Of a stretch of 32,000 nucleotides of DNA, positions 21,742 to 30,360 are shown one piece after another. The notes under the pieces were generated by a model. The model was given only the letters and a program-made list of their open reading frames with translations. It was not told where the DNA came from and did not search any database. Position numbers and translations under genes: made by a program. Origin of the DNA: a cyanobacterium endosymbiont of Braarudosphaera bigelowii (GTDB lineage Bacteria > Cyanobacteriota > Cyanobacteriia > Cyanobacteriales > Microcystaceae); assembly GCF_020885515.1 (NCBI RefSeq), contig NZ_AP024987.1:660001-692000 (forward strand), in the 5' to 3' direction. Every line of letters starts with the position of its first letter. Positions within the stretch are counted from its first letter, which is position 1.

Positions 21742-22518
21742 CTACATATTATTTAATTCTCGTTTAAGTTTTTCTAATTCCTCATCATCAGTGATTTGAT
21801 CTTTTGAAGAAGAATCATTATCTTCGATTGATTCAGGTAAAATACCTTTTGAAGGACTAGAACCAGATATTTGAGATTTTAACATTGCCAATTCTTCATC
21901 TACTTCGCTACCAGCTTCTAGTTGAGCGAATTGTCCTTCTACTCCAGCTGCTGCTAGTTCTCCAATAGATTGGGATTGAGCCTCCATATCCAAGACTTTA
22001 TTCTCCATACGTTCAAAGGCAGACATAGAAGTACTTGTATCTAATCCGCTCATCGTTTTTTGTAAAGATTGAGTAGCTTTTGCTGCTTTTGAACGAGCAA
22101 TCAGAATATTTTTTTTAGTTTTAGCTTCTCCAATTTTACTCTCTAGAGTCGCTAAATTGTGACGCATTGTTTCAAGTTGAGTATTTTGTTGATTAAGCTG
22201 TTCATTGAGAGTTAAAGCAGTTTCAGAGTAAGATTTTTTACGGACTAATGCTTCTCTTGCAAGATCTTCTTCTTTTCTTGATATAGCTAATTTTGCTCTC
22301 TGTTCCCAGTTATTAGCCTCCATAAGTGATTTTTTATATTGTGATTCGATCCGTTTTTGGGAACTAAGACTTTGAGCAAATGCTTGTTTTAATTGAACTA
22401 AATCTTCACTCATGTCAACAAGTGTCTGTTCTAAAACTTTTTCTGGATCTTCTGCTTTACTGACAAGATCGTTAAGATTAGCTCTCACAACCCGACTTAG
22501 ACGATCAAATAGTCCCAT
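21742..22518 (-). CDS. vipp1: PspA/IM30 family protein, Vipp1-like
   Basis: MGLFDRLSRVVRANLNDLVSKAEDPEKVLEQTLVDMSEDLVQLKQA, coiled coil, and a C-terminal extension typical of Vipp1 rather than PspA. Confidence 0.9.
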   Translation of the reverse strand: MGLFDRLSRVVRANLNDLVSKAEDPEKVLEQTLVDMSEDLVQLKQAFAQSLSSQKRIESQYKKSLMEANNWEQRAKLAISRKEEDLAREALVRKKSYSETALTLNEQLNQQNTQLETMRHNLATLESKIGEAKTKKNILIARSKAAKATQSLQKTMSGLDTSTSMSAFERMENKVLDMEAQSQSIGELAAAGVEGQFAQLEAGSEVDEELAMLKSQISGSSPSKGILPESIEDNDSSSKDQITDDEELEKLKRELNNM

Positions 22519-22786
22519 AATATTTTATTTCCTCTTGGTATTGATAAATTTTACTAAGGTTCACGATTAAAATAACATTTTTATCCCTTAATTGAGATAT
22601 AGTATTTTCTAGTTTATCAGTTGTCTTTCAATTAATCATTAACTTAACGTTAATTAGATAACTCAAAATGTATGTAATAAGTATACGGCAATAATAAGAA
22701 ATTTATAGTTGCATAGTAATTGATTGTAAGAAAGTTAGAGTAAATAATATAGCTTATTTTAAACTTTCTTATTACTTTTTCATTCT

Positions 22787-23110
22787 CTATATTTGGTCTT
22801 TTAGCTCTTGTAGTTTAATGGCTTTGATTTGATTTTCCCGGAATGATTTAGTAGCTTTACTAAGATCATCTATAGTATCTTCTATAAATTCACCATTATT
22901 GCGGCTTCTTTGAAAATTTGTCCTGTGCATTAAATTTAAAGGATTTATAAGATTTTCTGATTCCTCGGTTTCATTACTTCTATTATTTTGATAAGAATGT
23001 ATATTGATTGATTTTTTTGATTGAGAATAAGCTTCTGGAATACTTTGAAAAGTAACTAACAAAAAAATTGGTAGAAATACGAACTTGATTGGTTCGAACT
23101 TTTTAAACAT
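22787..23110 (-). CDS. Small putative exported protein of unknown function
   Basis: Signal-peptide-like N-terminus MFKKFEPIKFVFLPIFLLVTFQSIPEAYSQ; 107 aa; 40 nt downstream of the ABC permease on the same strand. Confidence 0.5.
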   Translation of the reverse strand: MFKKFEPIKFVFLPIFLLVTFQSIPEAYSQSKKSINIHSYQNNRSNETEESENLINPLNLMHRTNFQRSRNNGEFIEDTIDDLSKATKSFRENQIKAIKLQELKDQI

Positions 23111-23150
23111 TTAAAGTCATTCCCTCTAGTAAATAGTTGTTAGTTTTGAA

Positions 23151-24026
23151 TTAATTAAATCTTCTACGTAATAATGGTTGAATAGAAAACAAAACTAGTA
23201 GATCAAATCCTAATAGTAGAAGTAAGGTTTCTACTCCATTAATCTCGATGAAAGGATTTCTAAAGATAATACTATTCATAGATAGATTTCCGTAAAGATA
23301 GATATACCTTATAAATTCAATAGCATAAGTTAGAGGATTTAAACTGGCAATAATCTGCAGCCATTTTGCCATAAAAGAGAGGGGTGCAAGAGCAGTACTT
23401 GCAAATAGTAGAGGTAAGTTAGTGACAAAAATAACGGCGATAAGTTCAATATGGCCAGGCAATGCAAAGGCAAGTCCGAGACTTAACCCTGTTACTCCAC
23501 ACACAGTTAACAAAATAACAAGAATAATCGCTACTAAATCAAAAATGTTGGGAATGCCGGCTCCTAGTATTGAACTTGCTATTATAATAACTCCTGTTTG
23601 GATTAGGCTAAGACTAATAATATATAAAGTGGAAGATGCAACAATAGAGTATCGAGAAGATAATGGGGCAACTAATAGACGATTAAGGAATCCAAACTCT
23701 CTATCAAACATTATAGGAAGTCCTGCATTTAACGATCCTGAAAAAGCTGTAAATATTATGATTCCAGGTGATAAAAATTTTGCATAATTAATATTGTTTT
23801 CAAAGATTCCTTCTGGGGCATTATGAAATAATGCCCCAAATAATATTAACCACATAAAAGGCTGGACAATACCTGCTATTAAACTAGAAGGTCGACGCCA
23901 TAACTGAATGAATAAACGTTTAGTCATAGCTAAGGTCTCTTGTAAAAATTCTGATAAAAAATTTTCTTGTTGACAAGTATTGTTTATAGAATTTGGCGAT
24001 AAAAAATCTTTATTCTCAGAAGACAC
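23151..24026 (-). CDS. ABC-2 type transporter permease (DrrB-like)
   Basis: Hydrophobic six-segment protein with LSPGIIIFTAFSGSLNAGLP...FDREFGFLNRLLVAPLSS, co-oriented with an ABC ATPase gene. Confidence 0.9.
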   Translation of the reverse strand: MSSENKDFLSPNSINNTCQQENFLSEFLQETLAMTKRLFIQLWRRPSSLIAGIVQPFMWLILFGALFHNAPEGIFENNINYAKFLSPGIIIFTAFSGSLNAGLPIMFDREFGFLNRLLVAPLSSRYSIVASSTLYIISLSLIQTGVIIIASSILGAGIPNIFDLVAIILVILLTVCGVTGLSLGLAFALPGHIELIAVIFVTNLPLLFASTALAPLSFMAKWLQIIASLNPLTYAIEFIRYIYLYGNLSMNSIIFRNPFIEINGVETLLLLLGFDLLVLFSIQPLLRRRFN

Positions 24027-24365
24027 AAGTTTTTATTTCCGCTTTATTACTTATTATTTTATGATTCTAACCTAATATTATGGTTTAGTTCATTTGTTGT
24101 TTTTTCTCTATAAAAGGCTGGACAATACCTGCTATTAAACTAGAAGGTCGACGCCATAACTGAATGAATAAACGTTTAGTCATAGCTAAGGTCTCTTGTA
24201 AAAATTCTGATAAAAAATTTTCTTGTTGACAAGTATTGTTTATAGAATTTGGCGATAAAAAATCTTTATTCTCAGAAGACACAAGTTTTTATTTCCGCTT
24301 TATTACTTATTATTTTATGATTCTAACCTAATATTATGGTTTAGTTCATTTGTTGTTTTTTCTCT
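23854..24365. repeat. Perfect tandem duplication, two copies of a 256-bp unit (23854..24109 and 24110..24365)
   Basis: Base-by-base comparison: identical from ataaaaggctggacaatacc to catttgttgttttttctct. Flanking bases differ on both sides (c23853 vs t24109; a24110 vs t24366). Confidence 0.97.
24085..24282 (-). pseudogene. Hybrid ORF made by the duplication: first 57 codons of the permease joined to the out-of-place 3' end of the ABC ATPase gene
   Basis: Translation is identical to the permease N-terminus through SSLIAGIVQPF, then reads I-EKKQQMN, the same end as the ATPase ORF. Confidence 0.9.
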
Positions 24366-25363
24366 TTTTTTAAATCTCTATTACCTACAGCAGCTAACTC
24401 GGCATCTATTAAGGTCTGTCCTGTTGCTGCTAGATATACATCATCAAGACTAGGACGGGATTGAGATAAGCTAAAGATACCTAAATTAGCATTTTCAAGA
24501 GCTTTTTCTATTTTACTAAATAAATTTGTTTCTCCTTTAACTATTAAATTTAAAGAATTTCCTTGGGATTTGTTAATAATAATTTCTTCTACAAACGGTA
24601 ATTTTTGTAAAATTTCCTGAGCTTGATACACATCTCTAAGTTCTGAAAATTCTTGAATTTTTAAAGTGATACGATTACCACCTAAGTGATTTTTAAGTTG
24701 AGATGGAGTTCCTTGGGCAATTACTTTACCACAATCAATAATAGCTAAGTTATCTGCTAGAGAATCAATTTCCTCTAAGTAGTGACTTGTTATGAGAATT
24801 GTCGTTCCTGCCATTTTAAGCTTTTTAAGGAATTCCCAAACTATTAATCGACTTTCAATATCTAAACCAACAGTTGGTTCGTCAAGAACTAGTAAACTCG
24901 GTCTGTGTAACAACCCGGCAGCAAGATCAAATCTTTTGCGAATTCCTCCTGAATAATCTCCTGTTTTGCGATCGCTATATTCATTCAGATTCAATAAAGT
25001 TAATAGTTTTTCAATTCTATCTTCAGCATCACGTCTAGATAAATGATAAAGAGATCCTTGTAGTTGAAGTAATTCTCTACCTGTCAAAATTTTATCAAGC
25101 GTAACATCTTGTGCAACATAGCCTAAAAAATTTCTAATAACGTTTGGATATTTTAATGCTGAAATTCCACCAACTTTAATTTCTCCACTATCAGGTTTAG
25201 TTAAAGTAGATAAACATCGAATAGTTGTTGTTTTACCCGATCCATTTGGTCCTAATAAGCCAAAAATTTCTCCTTTATTAATATTAAAGGAAATGTTTTG
25301 AACTGCTTTTACACTATTAAAACTTTTTTGTAACGATTCAATTATAACTAAGGGAGTCATCAT
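24341..25363 (-). CDS. ABC transporter ATP-binding protein (DrrA-like)
   Basis: Walker A GPNGSGKTT, signature YSGGIRKR, Walker B LLVLDEPTVG, H-loop TSHYLEE. Confidence 0.95.
   Translation of the reverse strand: MMTPLVIIESLQKSFNSVKAVQNISFNINKGEIFGLLGPNGSGKTTTIRCLSTLTKPDSGEIKVGGISALKYPNVIRNFLGYVAQDVTLDKILTGRELLQLQGSLYHLSRRDAEDRIEKLLTLLNLNEYSDRKTGDYSGGIRKRFDLAAGLLHRPSLLVLDEPTVGLDIESRLIVWEFLKKLKMAGTTILITSHYLEEIDSLADNLAIIDCGKVIAQGTPSQLKNHLGGNRITLKIQEFSELRDVYQAQEILQKLPFVEEIIINKSQGNSLNLIVKGETNLFSKIEKALENANLGIFSLSQSRPSLDDVYLAATGQTLIDAELAAVGNRDLKKEKKQQMN
24968..24975. other. HIP1 octamer GCGATCGC
   Basis: Exact palindrome inside the ABC ATPase ORF; the only GCGATCGC (or CGATCG) I found by eye in the window. 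Confidence 0.85.
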
Positions 25364-25679
25364 TAATTTTATTTAAAATGAAATTCAAGTGATTTAAAAG
25401 ACTTTCATTACGAACTTTTTCCTAAAAATTTTACGCACTATATTAAGTTAATAAAAAATAAGTAAAAGTTTTTATATTTAATGATAATACACCTTTTTAG
25501 AATCTATGCATTAATACTCATTAAACTTTATATAAAAAAAGTACATTTAACTACATTTATATCGAGATTTTAGATAAAATATATGTTTTTACTATTTTTA
25601 TTTACAAAATTATTGCAACTCTAATTAAGAAGTTAGATAAGTTGAATTTTGTTATAGATATCAAACTTAATAGAGGAAC

Positions 25680-26411
25680 CTAATTATTAATATTAAATAA
25701 TACTTGTGATATATATTTATTAGCCCAATTTACACCAAAAAAGTTTTCTAAAATACGACGAGTCTTATCATTTTGCTTTTGTTTATAACAGTAATACTCT
25801 TGTCCCTGCAAATTCAGATTTCTTTCAAAGTCAGAAACTATTTTAGAGTTAGTTGATTGTTTACAGTGTATTTGTAGAATATCTTCAACTTGCTGAAGAA
25901 ATTTATTTTCTTCTTCTAAATTAATGGGTTGAATAAACAAACAATATTCAGAAAATATGTCTCCCCATTCTGGTAAATTACGAGTCATCAAAAAATCATA
26001 AGGCTTTAATTGAGATAATTTTTCTTTATATTCTCTAGAAAGTTCTATTTTAGGATTAGTTGGAGATAAATCAACGACTGCTGCACTAATTTTATTTTTT
26101 CCAATAACGAGATCGCATCCAAATATAGGCAAAGAATACTTAAATCGAGGAAACATTACACAGTGGAGAATATCTAGTTTTTGCTCAAACCTTACTAACT
26201 CTAAGTGAATCTTACGAAATTGATGTGATTGATAGCAAAAATTTTGTATCGTTAATTTATCTGTTCCCAATAAACTTTCTATATAGTTTAAGTCCTTTGG
26301 TAGTTTATATGGAGCTAAGTAAAGCTTTTTTCTCCAACAAGAAACTATAGAAGTAGCTAATTTATAAATCAAAGGATGTAAAGGCAAAAAAGTAGTTAAA
26401 TCCTGGACCAT
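25680..26411 (-). CDS. pcyA: Phycocyanobilin:ferredoxin oxidoreductase
   Basis: RKIHLELVRFEQKLDILHCVMFPRFKYSLPIFGCDLVIGKNKISAAVVDLSP, the characteristic PcyA core with His and Asp of the active region present. Confidence 0.93.
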   Translation of the reverse strand: MVQDLTTFLPLHPLIYKLATSIVSCWRKKLYLAPYKLPKDLNYIESLLGTDKLTIQNFCYQSHQFRKIHLELVRFEQKLDILHCVMFPRFKYSLPIFGCDLVIGKNKISAAVVDLSPTNPKIELSREYKEKLSQLKPYDFLMTRNLPEWGDIFSEYCLFIQPINLEEENKFLQQVEDILQIHCKQSTNSKIVSDFERNLNLQGQEYYCYKQKQNDKTRRILENFFGVNWANKYISQVLFNINN

Positions 26412-26496
26412 TAATCTTTTAGTATTTGTAAATTTTCAATCAATGATTTATTAGAATTATATAGAATATTTCTTTTTCATACATTAGCTATTTAAT

Positions 26497-26787
26497 TTAA
26501 TCTAAAATTTCTTTGATAGCTAACTCTAGTTCCTTCTGATTTAAGTCTGTAACAATAAAAACTTCTTGAACTGTTTTACCTTGTCTAGCTATTGCTTTAT
26601 ATCCCCCAAGAATTTGAACTGATATTCTTAACTTTAAGTGTGGGCAATGACCTTTAGCTCTGCCAATAACCCCAGGAGTAATAGTTCTAATACCTGGAAA
26701 AATAACTAACTTTTCTAGAATAGGTATCAAACCATCTAAGTGAGTAGAGTGATTCCAAATTAGTCTTCCTTTATTTTCCTGAGTCAT
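26497..26787 (-). CDS. DUF2103-type putative metal-binding protein
   Basis: GRLIWNHSTHLDGLIPILEKL...ITPGVIGRAKGHCPHLKLRISV matches the cyanobacterial family as recalled. Confidence 0.75.
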   Translation of the reverse strand: MTQENKGRLIWNHSTHLDGLIPILEKLVIFPGIRTITPGVIGRAKGHCPHLKLRISVQILGGYKAIARQGKTVQEVFIVTDLNQKELELAIKEILD

Positions 26788-26791
26788 AAAT

Positions 26792-27112
26792 TCATATTCC
26801 TTCTAATGGAGCCATTGTTAGTCCTTCACGACGTAATTGTTGATGATATAGTTCTGCTTGTTCTAAAGGCCCTATCCAAACGGTTGCCAATCCATCAAAA
26901 TGTATTTTTTGAGTTAGCTCCCATGCATAACTTTTAGTCATTGCAGGAATATATCTTATTAAACAATTAGCAACATGGTCAAAAGTATTGAAATCATCAT
27001 TAAGAACAATTATTTTACAGTTAGGATAAGGTTTATGATCAATAACTGCTAAATTTTTTGTGTCAGTTGATGTAGATACTTCTTGAATTGTTATGGACAG
27101 TCTCTTGATCAT
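26792..27112 (-). CDS. clpS: ATP-dependent Clp protease adaptor ClpS
   Basis: CKIIVLNDDFNTFDHVANCLIRYIPAMTKSYAWELTQKIHFDG...LRREGLTMAPLE. Confidence 0.93.
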   Translation of the reverse strand: MIKRLSITIQEVSTSTDTKNLAVIDHKPYPNCKIIVLNDDFNTFDHVANCLIRYIPAMTKSYAWELTQKIHFDGLATVWIGPLEQAELYHQQLRREGLTMAPLEGI

Positions 27113-27652
27113 GAATTTTAATGAATAAAAAATTTTCGAAAATTATGAGTACAGCCTGATTAAAAGTTTAACAATTTTTTACAAAAAAAACAGTTTTAAG
27201 AAACTAATCATTCCAACTGTTCAAAATAATTCGTATATATTAAGGAAATTATACCTAAAGCTATTAAACATGAACTATATATTTTATATAATCAAAAACA
27301 ATGTCGTTCTAATACAAAAAATAATTAACGAATAGCTTTTGTTTTTTAGTACAAGTTAAATAATACTCGCTATATTGTAGAGTTTTAAAAAAAAGCGAAT
27401 AAACCTTAGAGGTAAATATAAATGAACTTGATTTTCATAATGAAAACTAAGTTTAGTAAATCTATATATAATTTGTTTATATTTAATGTTCAACATAGCA
27501 GATAGTTTATTACTTTAGAGTAAGGTTTATTTTAAGATAAGCTTTAAAATACTTATAACTAGATTACAAAAAATATCGTTCTTTATTCGACACATCATAC
27601 GTATCTTGATCTACTATAAATTGTTATGGATATGGAATGAATAATAGACTTT

Positions 27653-28213
27653 ATGATACAAAAAGAAAAAGTACGCAATCTTGAATTAACTGCTTATGAA
27701 AATTTTAATCTAGAATGTGAAAACGTCACAGTACCACTTAAGAGCTATCTCCAGGAAACACAGCGCCTAGTTAAAGTTCTTGCAGGAAAAAATTTAATAG
27801 AAAAGATATCAGAGTTTGAGTTTCGTTTTCATATGAAAACTTTAAATTTCGTAAATATCTATTCCTTTCAACCTATCGTAACTATTAAAGTTTTACCAGA
27901 TAAAAAAGGAACAGTTTCTTTCGAGTCCCAAGATTTTGAAATGATAGGGATTAATTATATAAATCATAATTTTTCTTTAAAGTTCCAAGGTAAGTTATTT
28001 TCACAAGAAAAAAATAATAAAATATTTTTACAAGGTCAAGCATATCTGACTTCTTCTTTAGATTTACCATCTAACTTATGGATAATTCCGAAATCTATAT
28101 TACAGAAAGCTGGTGATACACTATTGAAAAATATTTTAGAACGTATTAGGCATAGTTTATCTAATGAACTATTACACGACTATGAACATTGGGCTAGTTT
28201 ACAAAAAAAATAA
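27653..28213 (+). CDS. DUF1997 family protein
   Basis: FESQDFEMIGINYINHNFSLKFQGKL...LPSNLWIIPKSILQKAGDTLLKNILERIRHSL, a cyanobacterial/plastid-type family. Confidence 0.75.
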   Translation: MIQKEKVRNLELTAYENFNLECENVTVPLKSYLQETQRLVKVLAGKNLIEKISEFEFRFHMKTLNFVNIYSFQPIVTIKVLPDKKGTVSFESQDFEMIGINYINHNFSLKFQGKLFSQEKNNKIFLQGQAYLTSSLDLPSNLWIIPKSILQKAGDTLLKNILERIRHSLSNELLHDYEHWASLQKK

Positions 28214-28814
28214 GCCTTTTAAAATGGTTAAGATAAGTTTTGCTATCGTAAAAAAATTAGTTAGAGTTTCATGAAATATGTAAAATCATCTAAATCTTAT
28301 GATTACTTTAATATTTATTTTTTTCCTAAACTCTTACTGAATCAATCTATACATAGATTTATTGAGTTTTATACTGAACTTGAAAAATGAAATTTTAATA
28401 CAGAAACTTTTCAAACGTTGTAACCTTAAAGGCTCAGAAAATTTTATTTTATTTTAAATATCAAGATCATCGAAATCGCAATAAAACTTAAAATTTAGGA
28501 GTAACAGGGTGTGTTATCCAGTAGTAAGCTTTTATAAGAATTATATATTGCCTAATAAGATGTTTTATCTTACGGGTAAAAAGTAATTTTGGTAGAATCT
28601 GTAAGAAAATTTTAGTCCTAGTTATTTATTTTTTTAATTCTCTAATAAAATGAATAGCTAACATAATGTACAAAATAAGTTCTTCTGATTTTCTCTCAGT
28701 TTTTGAAAAGCCCCGATTATTACTAATCTCTAACTTTTTGTAGTTGGAGTAAATGTAAAAGAGATGGAATTTATTCCTTCAATTTAAATATTCATTCACT
28801 AAGGATGCTTACTC

Positions 28815-29033
28815 ATGGTTAAACGTAAAGATACAGTTAGAGTTAAACGCAAAGAGTCTTATTGGTATAATGATGTTGGGACTGTCGTAACTATAGACAA
28901 AGGTGATTCACTTTTGTATCCAGTTGTTGTTCGTTTTACAAAAGTAAATTATGTCGGTATTTCTGGAGATCCTTCAGGACTTAATATGAATTCATTTGCA
29001 GAAAGTGAATTAGAGGTTGTAGCTGAAGGATAA
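28815..29033 (+). CDS. psaE: Photosystem I reaction centre subunit IV
   Basis: [56 protein letters not shown]. Confidence 0.97.
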   Translation: MVKRKDTVRVKRKESYWYNDVGTVVTIDKGDSLLYPVVVRFTKVNYVGISGDPSGLNMNSFAESELEVVAEG

Positions 29034-29050
29034 TAAAGTTGGTGTGAACT

Positions 29051-29905
29051 TTGCCAGAATTACCTGAAGTTGAGAGCATTTGCCGGAAACTTAACGAACT
29101 AACTGCCGGCCACACTATCTGGGGAGGACAAGTGTTATTACCACGTTCACTTGCCTACCCCTTTTCTGTGCAAGAATTTTGTAATTTTGTTGATAATATT
29201 AATCTAAAAATATGGAGTAGAAGAGGAAAGTATTTATTAGCAGAGTTGGATAGTAATAAGGGATGGATGGTGTTTCATCTTAGAATGACAGGACAATTGT
29301 TATGGACTCAACAGAGCGAACCATTTTCAAAACATACTCGTCTCCGCTTTTTTTGCACAAGTTCTTATGAATTAAGGTTCGTAGATATTCGAACTTTTGG
29401 CAAGGTATGGTTAATTCCTCCATCCCATAATCCAGAGGATATAGTTATCGGATTAAAAAAATTAGGGATAGAACCTTTATCAGATGATTTTTCAGTTAAT
29501 TATCTTACTGAAAAATTAACAAGCTATAAACGTAACATTAAAACTCTTTTACTCGATCAATCAATCATTGCAGGAATTGGAAATATATATGCCGATGAAG
29601 CTTTGTTTAGAAGCGGTATTCATCCAGAGACTAAAGGTATTGAACTAAATATTAAACAAATCAAAAATTTAAGAAAAGCTATTATTGAAGTTCTAAATAA
29701 ATCTATCGAAAAAGGAGGGACAACCTTCAGTAATTTTCTAAATATTACTGGTAATAAAGGTAACTATGCAAAAATTGCTTGGGTTTATGGAAGGAGTAAT
29801 ATGTCTTGCCGTATTTGTAATACTTCGATTAAGCGTATTAAGTTAAGCGGTAGATCTTCCCATTTTTGTCCCAAGTGTCAACAACATAATAAATTACTTA
29901 AGTAA
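29051..29905 (+). CDS. mutM: Formamidopyrimidine-DNA glycosylase
   Basis: Starts (M)PELPEVE; C-terminal zinc finger CRICNTSIKRIKLSGRSSHFCPKCQ. Start codon is TTG or GTG-type non-ATG. Confidence 0.97.
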   Translation: MPELPEVESICRKLNELTAGHTIWGGQVLLPRSLAYPFSVQEFCNFVDNINLKIWSRRGKYLLAELDSNKGWMVFHLRMTGQLLWTQQSEPFSKHTRLRFFCTSSYELRFVDIRTFGKVWLIPPSHNPEDIVIGLKKLGIEPLSDDFSVNYLTEKLTSYKRNIKTLLLDQSIIAGIGNIYADEALFRSGIHPETKGIELNIKQIKNLRKAIIEVLNKSIEKGGTTFSNFLNITGNKGNYAKIAWVYGRSNMSCRICNTSIKRIKLSGRSSHFCPKCQQHNKLLK

Positions 29906-29919
29906 TTCTTTTATTATAC

Positions 29920-29949
29920 TTGACAAATAGGGAAGTACTTTGCTAAATT
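29920..29949 (+). promoter_or_regulatory. Sigma70-type promoter candidate for tRNA-Gln
   Basis: TTGACA (29920-29925), 18-nt spacer, TAAATT (29944-29949), about 20 nt before the tRNA 5' end. Confidence 0.5.
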
Positions 29950-29969
29950 TATATACGTCTTCACATTAA

Positions 29970-30041
29970 TGGGGTGTAGCCAAGCGGTAAGGCAGCGGGT
30001 TTTGGTCTCGCCATTCCTGGGTTCGAATCCTAGCACCCCAG
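29970..30041 (+). tRNA. trnQ-UUG: tRNA-Gln (anticodon UUG)
   Basis: Acceptor TGGGGTG/CACCCCA, anticodon stem GCGGG/CTCGC with loop TTTTGGT, T arm CTGGG-TTCGAAT-CCTAG, discriminator G, no encoded CCA. Confidence 0.96.
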
Positions 30042-30089
30042 TCATATTAATTAACGAAAATTAGCTTTCATATTCATAGATTTTTAAGT

Positions 30090-30134
30090 ATATTAAATAG
30101 TAAGAATTATATTAATATTCTTATTATTTAATAT
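30090..30134 (+). terminator. AT-rich hairpin downstream of tRNA-Gln followed by a T-rich run
   Basis: ATATTAAATAGTAAGAAT - 9 nt - ATTCTTATTATTTAATAT, 18 pairs with one G-U, then TTATTTTT. Confidence 0.5.
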
Positions 30135-30360
30135 TTATTTTTGAGAGAATTAAATTTCTAACAATAATTTAATCTATAAAAAGTAAATTTAATTTGTTAA
30201 TATAATTTATTTTTAAATTATATTAATCTAGACTGTAAAATTTTATAATTTAGAAGCTTACTGTACTGTTGAACAATATAGTTGTCATGAAAATTAAGAG
30301 ATGTATAGTAAGTAAAGGAAGGTTCCCCGGTATAGGTTTTTGTAAAAAGAAAGGAAATCC

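Noticed and set aside
23422-23787. 121-aa + strand ORF
   Set aside because: Antisense inside the ABC permease gene.
27113-27652. 540-bp spacer with tiny ORF candidate at about 27422 (MNLIFIMKTKFSKSIYNLFIFNVQHSR)
   Set aside because: Only 27 codons, no known family, divergent promoter region explains the gap adequately.
28815-29033. Apparent insertion in the psaE C-terminal region ([14 protein letters not shown])
   Set aside because: From recalled sequences, Synechocystis-type PsaE has an equivalent loop; not unusual.
29892-29907. 16-bp palindrome AATTACTTAAGTAATT over the mutM stop
   Set aside because: No room for a loop without opening the inner pairs, short effective stem; too weak to call a terminator.
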